A stretch of 61,081 bases of DNA, filler included, from Nemertoderma westbladi (Eukaryota; Animalia; Xenacoelomorpha), in assembly GCA_032718475.1 (NCBI GenBank). It is 3 parts of 3 records of this genome, joined end to end, with 100 filler letters (N's around TTAATTAATTAA, not from the genome) between each part and the next. Parts side by side here need not be neighbours in the genome. Positions count along the whole stretch, not along the records: positions 1 to 28,567 come from JAUCBJ010000671.1; positions 28,668 to 51,237 come from JAUCBJ010008000.1; 1 more part is not named here. One strand, written 5' to 3'. The position numbers were made by a program, and so were the translations under genes. Shown piece by piece: positions 25,691 through 37,600 of this stretch (position 1 is its first letter; the number at the start of each line of letters is the position of its first letter). The notes under the pieces are model-generated. The model had not been told where the DNA came from. It made no database searches and worked only from the letters and a program-made list of their open reading frames with translations.

Positions 25691-26368
25691 GAACAATAAA
25701 TAATTAGATGTAAATACAATTTTGATCATTAAAACAATAATAAATTACAAACGACATTTCGAAAAGCAGAAATGCACGAAGTTAGGCCAAGTATATCGTA
25801 TAGTTCTGTAGTTTTAATTAGGAAAACTTTAGTAAACTACTTTTCAAAAACTTATATAAAATAAGAAGTGTAACATTATAAATTCCTAATTCTAAATCAG
25901 TTTATTAGTGAAGTAATTTTAAAGAACAAAAAACAGTATTGACGTCGGCCATTTTTTCAGAGAAACGAACACATTAATTCAATTTCCAAAGTAATAACAA
26001 ATGTCTACTAAATATGCAATCCTGCTCTCCTCAATTCCAAGAGGAATCCCAGAAAACCTGCAAGAGACACACATCAATGCAATATGATTGGTTCTTTATT
26101 AGCCAATAATTTTGTAACAGGCAGGGCGAATATGTCTGACACGTTTTCAGGTAGTCAATCATTTTGAATACCAATAACCATGAAGTTGACGAAATTAATT
26201 TATGTGATGTTTTTATTACCGGTCCAGGTAGTGCCGCAGTGGGCAATCCTGGGTTAAATTTAATTTCAAATGTTCAAAAATATTGACTGCTGTTGCAGAA
26301 GCTGCTAAAATTGCTGAGAAATAATTTCCTGAATAAAACTTATTAAGATAAAATTAGGTATGTCTATA

Positions 26369-27357
26369 CAGGGCCGGATTAAAGTGATCAGGGCAGGGCT
26401 GTGAGAAATAAAAAGGGCCACTTCCGACGCCAGAAAAATAACATAAAAACTATATAATATGTACTGTAATTTATTACCCAGGTCAGCAAGTTAATGTTAC
26501 TGACTAATACTAAACTAAAATAACTAAAACTAAAATTAAACTAAAAATACTAACTTTAAGACCTTTGATGGCATTGTCCGTCCAAGGGGGGGGGGTCTAT
26601 AATGATATGGAGTGGTCAATATTATTGGATTTGGATGGTTTCAATACAATCAAGGCTGCTTTCACCTTTTCAGGGCCTCTAGATAGTAATTTTAAAATTT
26701 TGACCAAAATTGTTAACATTCTTAAGAAATCGGCATTTACGATCTATGTTTATCTCTGTATCTATATATGTCAAATATCAATTTGCTCAAAATGTCAAAT
26801 GTCAAATTGTCCTTTATTCTTAACCAAGTTATAAACTTATTAGTCCCACCTAACTTTTCAGTATAAATTGTCCATTTGGACCAATTTAATTTATATTAAT
26901 TACTCCTAACAATAAACGATAATATGAGCACAGATTTAGGGCTTCCTTCCGTGCGTTTATGAGGCTGTGCATAGCAGAATTAAATTAATGGAACTATAGT
27001 CACTCCTCCTAACGGCCGACAGAAGAAATTTAGATCTCTGTAAGTGAGTAGAATTTCTAAACCTCTCATAGACTATACCATTGTAAACGCGAGCGAAACG
27101 AGAGGAATTTTTTTAAAAACCTGTTTAAAACTTTGTGATATAAAATGGAAGTTGGTGCCGAGTTGGGCCTTTCTTTTCAGGATTACCTTCAGTTTGTACT
27201 GTATTGCTCAGCCATTCATCGGTTATTTTCGAATTTGGGGCCCCTTTCAAGACGGGGCCCCTGGACGGGCCTAGTAAGTTTTTAAGTCTCGCTTGGGTCG
27301 TGGGCTGCAGGCAGCCCACACAGCCACCCCCCCCCCCCCTTAATCCAGTCTAGTCTG
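26369..27357. mobile_element. hAT-like MITE, ~990 bp
   Basis: Starts CAGGGCCGGATTAA and ends TTAATCCAGTCTAGTCTG (imperfect TIR). Identical 8-bp flanks TGTCTATA at 26361-26368 and 27358-27365. Confidence 0.75.
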
Positions 27358-28567
27358 TGTCTATATGTATATTCTAGCTATCCATGCTAAACCACTACCA
27401 CCACACCGGTCACAGTCACACACAATGGTCCCGTCAAAATCCGTCGTAAAATGAAACGCTAATAACAAAACACGACAGCAAAATGTAAAAATACCAAGTG
27501 CCTTCAGTAGTATTTGGAAGGAATACTAATTTCACAAATTGTTTTAAAACAATTCAAATTTACTTATGCATCTACAGTTACTCGAATGTAATAATATGAA
27601 ATTCAATTCTACATTACACATCATCTTACATTCATTTTATTTACCGAAGGTTGATCACGAATACAATAAAAATTAGCTTAAAGTATAACTCTTTAATATT
27701 TATTAATAATTTATTTTTTTAAAATCAACTTAACACATATTGACAGTAACCAAAAGTTTGATTACAAAGGCTTTATGTAACAGGCCCGAGACAGCCAATG
27801 TATGTTTTGCTACAATCGTACGATATCATCTCAATATCAACTGTATTTTCACTTTAATTCAAATAAGAACCAACAATCTGCATGTGTAAACTTGGTAATG
27901 TATTGAATCACTGTATAAATTAGCAGTTGTAATCTATTCGATTACATACTGCATTATCTTACAATCTGGTAATCATCGATTACTCACAACATTCCAAACA
28001 TTAACAAATAATTAATGTATAATAAAAATAGATTCATCTATTGTCATATCGTCCATGCTGCATGTGGTGATTCCCGCCGTCTCGCGCCACCAACTATTTT
28101 TTTTTCACCCGGACCTATTATAAATGGTTTGTTAGATTGTTCCACGCACCAATTAATTTATCCCACCGCCCCCACGCCAACTATTTTTTCATACAGCCTT
28201 ACATTATCATTGCCAGACAGCCTATCATTATTAGTTAGTGGGATATAAACACTACAAGTAGTATAGAAATAACTAGCTAACTAATAGAATTGGATGGGTA
28301 GCACACATTTGGGATGATACAAGTGTTGTCTGTTGTGTAGTGTAGATAGATTTGTATTATTAATGAAATGTATACTCTGAGCATAGTGAAGTGAGAACAA
28401 CGTCACACTGTAACATTCCACAAGAATCGTTAAAAGTATAAAATATCAATTACAAAATTGAATCAGCTGGCAAACATAAAGTGGGGGTGGTTATAATCAG
28501 CTGTCTCCCTGTCTCTGTCAGGGAATCACTAATCACATACAGCTCACTATATTTGTTATCTACTTGT

Positions 28568-28667
28568 NNNNNNNNNNNNNNNNNNNNNNNNNNNNNNNNN
28601 NNNNNNNNNNNTTAATTAATTAANNNNNNNNNNNNNNNNNNNNNNNNNNNNNNNNNNNNNNNNNNNN
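28568..28667. other. Artificial assembly linker (44N + TTAATTAATTAA + 44N)
   Basis: Exactly 100 nt with a six-frame-stop core; an identical linker is at 51238. Confidence 0.97.
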
Positions 28668-28696
28668 CTAGATATTTTTTTTATTTTGTTCTCAAG

Positions 28697-31600
28697 GGTT
28701 TGATGATTTCGATGTTGATACAGTTCCTATTGTAATAGCCAATAGTAGTGACTCGAACTCCCTGGTCGCCATGGCGAAAAAGTCTCGTATAATAATCAAC
28801 TGCGTGGGTCCATTCCGTCACCACGGTGAACCGGTTGTGGAGGCATGCGTGGACTACCACTGTCATTACGTTGATATTAGTGGTGAACCCGAGTTTATGG
28901 AGAGAATGGAATGGAAGTACAATAGGTTGGTATTTATAGAGCTCGGAAGTACAATAGGTTGGTATTTATAGAGCTCGGAAGTACAATAGGTTGGTATTTA
29001 TAGAGCTCGAGAAGTACAATAGGTTGGTATTTATAAAGCTCGGAAGTACAATAGGTTGGTATTTATAGAGCTCGGAAGTACAATAGGTTGGTATTTATAG
29101 AGCTCGGAAGTACAATAGGTTGGTATTTATAGAGCTCGGAAGTACAATAGGTTGGTATTTATAGAGCTCGGAAGTACAATAGGTTGGTATTTATAGAGCT
29201 CGGAAGTACAATAGGTTGGTATTTATAGAGCTCGGAAGTACAATAGGTTGGTATTTATAGAGCTCGGAAGTACAATAGGTTGGTATTTATAGAGCTCGGA
29301 AGTACAATAGGTTGGTATTTATAGAGCTCGGAAGTACAATAGGTTGGTATTTATAGAGCTCGGAAGTACAATAGGTTGGTATTTATAAAGCTCGGAAGTA
29401 CAATAGGTTGGTATTTATAGAGCTCGGAAGTACAATAGGTTGGTATTTATAGAGCTCGGAAGTACAATAGGTTGGTATTTATAGAGCTCGGAAGTACAAT
29501 AGGTTGGTATTTATAGAGCTCGGAAGTACAATAGGTTGGTATTTATAGAGCTCGGAAGTACAATAGGTTGGTATTTATAGAGCTCGGAAGTACAATAGGT
29601 TGGTATTTATAGAGCTCGGAAGTACAATAGGTTGGTATTTATAGAGCTCGGAAGTACAATAGGTTGGTATTTATAGAGCTCGGAAGTACAATAGGTTGGT
29701 ATTTATAGAGCTCGGAAGTACAATAGGTTGGTATTTATAGAGCTCGGAAGTACAATAGGTTGGTATTTATAGAGCTCGGAAGTACAATAGGTTGGTATTT
29801 ATAGAGCTCGGAAGTACAATAGGTTGGTATTTATAGAGCTCGGAAGTACAATAGGTTGGTATTTATAGAGCTCGGAAGTACAATAGGTTGGTATTTATAG
29901 AGCTCGGAAGTACAATAGGTTGGTATTTATAGAGCTCGGAAGTACAATAGGTTGGTATTTATAGAGCTCGGAAGTACAATAGGTTGGTATTTATAGAGCT
30001 CGGAAGTACAATAGGTTGGTATTTATAGAGCTCGGAAGTACAATAGGTTGGTATTTATAGAGCTCGGAAGTACAATAGGTTGGTATTTATAGAGCTCGGA
30101 AGTACAATAGGTTGGTATTTATAGAGCTCGGAAGTACAATAGGTTGGTATTTATAGAGCTCGGAAGTACAATAGGTTGGTATTTATAGAGCTCGGAAGTA
30201 CAATAGGTTGGTATTTATAGAGCTCGGAAGTACAATAGGTTGGTATTTATAGAGCTCGGAAGTACAATAGGTTGGTATTTATAGAGCTCGGAAGTACAAT
30301 AGGTTGGTATTTATAGAGCTCGGAAGTACAATAGGTTGGTATTTATAGAGCTCGGAAGTACAATAGGTTGGTATTTATAGAGCTCGGAAGTACAATAGGT
30401 TGGTATTTATAGAGCTCGGAAGTACAATAGGTTGGTATTTATAGAGCTCGGAAGTACAATAGGTTGGTATTTATAGAGCTCGGAAGTACAATAGGTTGGT
30501 ATTTATAGAGCTCGGAAGTACAATAGGTTGGTATTTATAGAGCTCGGAAGTACAATAGGTTGGTATTTATAGAGCTCGGAAGTACAATAGGTTGGTATTT
30601 ATAGAGCTCGGAAGTACAATAGGTTGGTATTTATAGAGCTCGGAAGTACAATAGGTTGGTATTTATAGAGCTCGGAAGTACAATAGGTTGGTATTTATAG
30701 AGCTCGAATGAAGTACAATAGGTTGGTATTTATAGAGCTCGGAAGTACAATAGGTTGGTATTTATAGAGCTCGGAAGTACAATAGGTTGGTATTTATAGA
30801 GCTCGAATGAAGTACAATAGGTTGGTATTTATAGAGCTCGGAAGTACAATAGGTTGGTATTTATAGAGCTCGGAAGTACAATAGGTTGGTATTTATAGAG
30901 CTCGGAAGTACAATAGGTTGGTATTTATAGAGCTCGGAAGTACAATAGGTTGGTATTTATAGAGCTCGGAAGTACAATAGGTTGGTATTTATAGAGCTCG
31001 GAAGTACAATAGGTTGGTATTTATAGAGCTCGGAAGTACAATAGGTTGGTATTTATAGAGCTCGGAAGTACAATAGGTTGGTATTTATAGAGCTCGGAAG
31101 TACAATAGGTTGGTATTTATAGAGCTCGGAAGTACAATAGGTTGGTATTTATAGAGCTCGGAAGTACAATAGGTTGGTATTTATAGAGCTCGGAAGTACA
31201 ATAGGTTGGTATTTATAGAGCTCGGAAGTACAATAGGTTGGTATTTATAGAGCTCGGAAGTACAATAGGTTGGTATTTATAGAGCTCGGAAGTACAATAG
31301 GTTGGTATTTATAGAGCTCGGAAGTACAATAGGTTGGTATTTATAGAGCTCGGAAGTACAATAGGTTGGTATTTATAGAGCTCGGAAGTACAATAGGTTG
31401 GTATTTATAGAGCTCGGAAGTACAATAGGTTGGTATTTATAGAGCTCGGAAGTACAATAGGTTGGTATTTATAGAGCTCGGAAGTACAATAGGTTGGTAT
31501 TTATAGAGCTCGGAAGTACAATAGGTTGGTATTTATAGAGCTCGGAAGTACAATAGGTTGGTATTTATAGAGCTCGGAAGTACAATAGGTTGGTATTTAT

Positions 31601-34600
31601 AGAGCTCGGAAGTACAATAGGTTGGTATTTATAGAGCTCGGAAGTACAATAGGTTGGTATTTATAGAGCTCGGAAGTACAATAGGTTGGTATTTATAGAG
31701 CTCGGAAGTACAATAGGTTGGTATTTATAGAGCTCGGAAGTACAATAGGTTGGTATTTATAGAGCTCGGAAGTACAATAGGTTGGTATTTATAGAGCTCG
31801 GAAGTACAATAGGTTGGTATTTATAGAGCTCGGAAGTACAATAGGTTGGTATTTATAGAGCTCGGAAGTACAATAGGTTGGTATTTATAGAGCTCGGAAG
31901 TACAATAGGTTGGTATTTATAGAGCTCGGAAGTACAATAGGTTGGTATTTATAGAGCTCGAATGGAAGTACAATAGGTTGGTATTTATAGAGCTCGGAAG
32001 TACAATAGGTTGGTATTTATAGAGCTCGGAAGTACAATAGGTTGGTATTTATAGAGCTCGGAAGTACAATAGGTTGGTATTTATAGAGCTCGGAAGTACA
32101 ATAGGTTGGTATTTATAGAGCTCGGAAGTACAATAGGTTGGTATTTATAGAGCTCGGAAGTACAATAGGTTGGTATTTATAGAGCTCGGAAGTACAATAG
32201 GTTGGTATTTATAGAGCTCGGAAGTACAATAGGTTGGTATTTATAGAGCTCGGAAGTACAATAGGTTGGTATTTATAGAGCTCGGAAGTACAATAGGTTG
32301 GTATTTATAGAGCTCGGAAGTACAATAGGTTGGTATTTATAGAGCTCGGAAGTACAATAGGTTGGTATTTATAGAGCTCGGAAGTACAATAGGTTGGTAT
32401 TTATAGAGCTCGGAAGTACAATAGGTTGGTATTTATAGAGCTCGGAAGTACAATAGGTTGGTATTTATAGAGCTCGGAAGTACAATAGGTTGGTATTTAT
32501 AGAGCTCGGAAGTACAATAGGTTGGTATTTATAGAGCTCGGAAGTACAATAGGTTGGTATTTATAGAGCTCGGAAGTACAATAGGTTGGTATTTATAGAG
32601 CTCGGAAGTACAATAGGTTGGTATTTATAGAGCTCGGAAGTACAATAGGTTGGTATTTATAGAGCTCGGAAGTACAATAGGTTGGTATTTATAGAGCTCG
32701 GAAGTACAACGGGTTGGTATTTATAGAGCTCGGAAGTACAATGGGTTGGTATTTATAGAGCTCGGAAGTACAATAGGATGGTATTTATAGAGCTCGGAAG
32801 TACAATAGGTTGGTATTTATAGAGCTCGGAAGTACAATAGGTTGGTATTTATAGAGCTCGAATGGAAGTACATTATGTTGGTATTTATAGAGCTCGGAAG
32901 TACAATAGGTTGGTATTTATAGAGCTCGCAAGTACAATAGGTTGGTATTTATAGAGCTCGGAAGTACAATAGGTTGGTATTTATAGAGCTCAAATGGAAG
33001 TACATTATGTTGGTATTTATAGAGCTCGGAAGTACAATAGGTTGGTATTTATAGAGCTCGCAAGTACAATAGGTTGGTATTTATAGAGCTCGGAAGTACA
33101 ATAGGTTGGTATTTATAAAGCTCGGAAGTACAATAGGTTGGTATTTATAGAGCTCGGAAGTACAATAGGTTGGTATTTATAGAGCTCGGAAGTACAATAG
33201 GTTGGTATTTATAGAGCTCGAATGGAAGTACATTATGTTGGTATTTATAGAGCTCGGAAGTACAATAGGTTGGTATTTATAGAGCTCGGAAGTACAATAG
33301 GTTGGTATTTATAGAGCTCGGAAGTACAATAGGTTGGTATTTATAGAGCTCGGAAGTACAATAGGTTGGTATTTATAGAGCTCGAATGGAAGTACATTAT
33401 GTTGGTATTTATAGAGCTCGGAAGTACAATAGGTTGGTATTTATAGAGCTCGGAAGTACAATAGGTTGGTATTTATAGAGCTCGGAAGTACAATAGGTTG
33501 GTATTTATAGAGCTCGGAAGTACAATAGGTTGGTATTTATAGAGCTCGGAAGTACAATAGGTTGGTATTTATAAAGCTCGGAAGTACAATAGGTTGGTAT
33601 TTATAGAGCTCGGAAGTACAATAGGTTGGTATTTATAGAGCTCGGAAGTACAATAGGTTGGTATTTATAGAGCTCGGAAGTACAATAGGTTGGTATTTAT
33701 AAAGCTCGGAAGTACAATAGGTTGGTATTTATAGAGCTCGGAAGTACAATAGGTTGGTATTTATAAAGCTCGGAAGTACAATAGGTTGGTATTTATAAAG
33801 CTCGGAAGTACAATAGGTTGGTATTTATAGAGCTCGGAAGTACAATAGGTTGGTATTTATAAAGCTCGGAAGTACAATAGGTTGGTATTTATAGAGCTCG
33901 GAAAGTACAATAGGTTGGTATTTATAGAGCTCGGAAGTACAATAGGTTGGTATTTATAGAGCTCGGAAGTACAATAGGTTGGTATTTATAGAGCTCGGAA
34001 GTACAATAGGTTGGTCATTTATATAGCTCGGAAGTACATTATGTTGGTATTTATAGAGCTCGGAAGTACAATAGGTTGGTATTTATAGAGCTCGGAAGTA
34101 CAATAGGTTGGTATTTATAAAGCTCGGAAGTACAATAGGTTGGTATTTATAGAGCTCGGAAGTACAATAGGTTGGTATTTATAGAGCTCGGAAGTACAAT
34201 AGGTTGGTATTTATAAAGCTCGGAAGTACAATAGGTTGGTATTTATAGAGCTCGGAAGTACAATAGGTTGGTATTTATAGAGCTCGGAAGTACAATAGGT
34301 TGGTATTTATAGAGCTCGGAAGTACAATAGGTTGGTATTTATAGAGCTCGGAAGTACAATAGGTTGGTATTTAAGAGCTCGGAAGTACAATGGGTTGGTA
34401 TTTATAGAGCTCGGAAGTACAATAGGTTGGTATTTATAGAGCTCGGAAGTACAATGGGTTGGTATTTATAGAGCTCGGAAGTACAATAGGTTGGTATTTA
34501 TAGAGCTCGGAAGTACAATGGGTTGGTATTTATAGAGCTCGGAAGTACAATGGGTTGGTATTTATAGAGCTCGGAAGTACAATAGGATGGTATTTATAGA

Positions 34601-37600
34601 GCTCGGAAGTACAATGGGTTGGTATTTATAGAGCTCGGAAGTACAATGGGTTGGTATTTATAGAGCTCGGAAGTACAATGGGTTGGTATTTATAGAGCTC
34701 GGAAGTACAATGGGTTGGTATTTATAGAGCTCGGAAGTACAATAGGTTGGTATTTATAGAGCTCGGAAGTACAATAGGTTGGTATTTATAGAGCTCGGAA
34801 GTACAATAGGTTGGTATTTATAGAGCTCGGAAGTACAATGGGTTGGTATTTATAGAGCTCGGAAGTACAATAGGTTGGTATTTATAGAGCTCGAAAGTAC
34901 AATGGGTTGGTATTTATAGAGCTCGGAAGTACAATGGGTTGGTATTTATAGAGCTCGGAAGTACAATGGGTTGGTATTTATAGAGCTCGGAAGTACAATA
35001 GGTTGGTATTTATAGAGCTCGAATGGAAGTACAATAGGTTGGTATTTATAGAGCTCGGAAGTACAATAGGTTGGTATTTATAGAGCTCGGAAGTACAATG
35101 GGTTGGTATTTATAGAGCTCGGAAGTACAATAGGTTGGTATTTATAGAGCTCGAATGGAAGTACAATAGGTTGGTATTTATAGAGCTCGAATGGAAGTAC
35201 AATAGGTTGGTATTTATAGAGCTCGGAAGTACAATAGGTTGGTATTTATATAGCTCGGAAGTACAATAGGTTGTATGCTGTTCCTCCACTTTTTGTTTAT
35301 AAGAATGTAATCCAGCTGTGCTCTTGCTACATTTAGGGTATTGAAAGGTCCACAGCTTATTCATTCCCCTTACTCTTTTCGAATGTGGTGTTTGTTGGTA
35401 TCAATTTACATTCTTCCATTAGGTCAGGTCTAAGAGTATAATCACCGACTTCTGTCCGAACTGGTGTTATACTATAGGTGTAGCCCTTGGTGTCACATCC
35501 AACAATGACTTTAACATTGTGTTTCGGAATGTCCTTTATAAGTCCAGTCAGTTCTTCATAAAACTTGACTGCTTGTTCTGGCTCTGAGGCATTGGTTGGA
35601 CTGTAGCAACATATAACTGTTGCCTTAGGATTTCCATCAAATGTTGCAATCATAACCCTAAAATTTATAGTCGATTCTGTTTAGGGTCTGAAGTGCTAAT
35701 GGGCTATATCTTCTGCATCGTATGAACTCAAAAGAGAAGAATGGAAGTTCAATAGGTTTTTGTTCTTTTTGTGGAATTTCTGGAGCTACTTAAATAAATA
35801 TGTCAGTGAAATTGAATAAGGAAATAATATAATATTCTAGAATAGGGATGTCCCGGAATTCCGTTCCGGCCGGAATTCCGGCGGTTTTTGCCCGATTCCG
35901 GTTCCAGCCGGAATTGCCGGAATGGGGTCAATTCCGGCCGGAATTTTACCGGAATTGCTAAGTTCCTATCTAGTTTGATAGTTGCACATTTTGCACGTTG
36001 ATATGTAACATATTTCCAAAAACATTCCACCTGGTAATCAAACTAAAATGGTCCCACCATCTGTAACACCACTTAAGTAGTATTCATATACAATTCACAA
36101 TAACCATCATAATTTACATTAACTAATGAAATGCATCAATATGCCCGTGCCCCACTGGTCAGAATGTCAAAATGAATGCCTCATTGCTCCATAGGTAACA
36201 CAAGTCATGAGTCATTTGATAAAAAATATAAGATGCATCTCACATTTACTGCATATTTATACCCAAAGTAACCAATCACAGGCCTCTTGCCGGATATAAC
36301 ATAACACATGAGTCATGTGTCAAAAGATGGAACATGGGACATAATCACTTTCGTCTCCTTGGTCGTAACTTACGATTTACCAGTGGAGACGCTCCCATTG
36401 AAACCAACGTGTTCCATAATTTATTCTGACTAAGACTTTCTAAGACTTACCAGTGGAGCACGGGCCTTAAATAGTGGTTTTTTCAATTTGCTTTTTACAA
36501 TTTGTTTATAAAATGGCGTTTTTAGATTGATCTTACACTATTTTACATTGATTTTATATTATTTTATATTAATTATTAAATAATATGATAATATTATGAT
36601 GGGTATTATCTCGTCCAACGTAACATATAGAATGACCCCTAAAGATTTGCAGCTTATTTCCATGCGGGTCCTTTATGTTACTTGGTTACAAATACAATAT
36701 TACACAAATACAATTACTACTCTAACTTAAAACTAATATAAAACGTTATTACAATACGTACAGGTCTTGCGTCGTAGGTGCTTCATAATATAGTAGTTTT
36801 GTTTCTATTTACAGCAAATCCATTTCTTACCATAAATCTATTTATTCCCAGCAATAATTAAACTGTAACATGTGATGTACTATTGGCCTCTTTTATTGTT
36901 TTGGTTCAAATAACATGTCACTGTAACATGCTCCTTTCCCTTAAAGACACCAGGATATTGCACCAAAGGACCTACCTAATGACGCGAAACCATAGGTTTT
37001 TGTTTAACGTAGGTTTTTAGGAGTCTAAATGCTAATAACCTAACTTTTGGCCAAAGTTATAGATTTTAGAAAAATTTTTATTGAATTCCCTGTCGTTCAA
37101 TGCCGAAGTACCATCCCGTCCCCTTAACGACCCAGGCCATTCTCCACTCCACCCACTTTAATTCCCCCCAAGGTTCTGATTCCTTTCATTATCAAACTTA
37201 GCTGTTCTGTAGAAATTAAAAAAAATCATTTGTTTCACACAAAATTGTAAAGTTTCATGGGTCATTTAGTGTATTTCACTAATTATAGAAAATTCCGGTT
37301 CCGGCCGGAATTCCGGCCGGAATATTCCGGCATGTTGAATTCCGGTTCCGGTTCCGGCCGGAATCAAAATATCGATTCCGGGACATCCCTATTCTAGAAC
37401 ATTGCTCTACTTTTTTTTATTGTTGGTATTCTTATTATTATTATTATTTTTCCGTTTTTTTTTAGTCGCGCTAGTGATAATGGCGTTTATATCGTCTCCG
37501 CCTGCGGATTCGACTCGATTCCCGCTGAGATGGGAGTGGTTCATCTCAAGAAGGCATTCAGTGATGCTGACAGCACTCTCACTGGAGTAGAGAGTTACAT

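Noticed and set aside
26001-26087. MSTKYAILL... as the missing first exon of SCCPDH
   Set aside because: No GASGFTG Rossmann motif, it stops after ~28 codons, and it lies across an assembly linker.
28568-28667. TTAATTAATTAA as a biological palindrome or regulatory site
   Set aside because: Centred in N-runs of fixed length and repeated at 51238, so it is an artificial linker. Adjacency across it is not guaranteed.
28913-35273. CRISPR array (32-bp repeats); likewise the 36/38-bp array at 8819-16525
   Set aside because: Units are head-to-tail with no unique spacers, there are no cas genes, and the context is spliceosomal introns.
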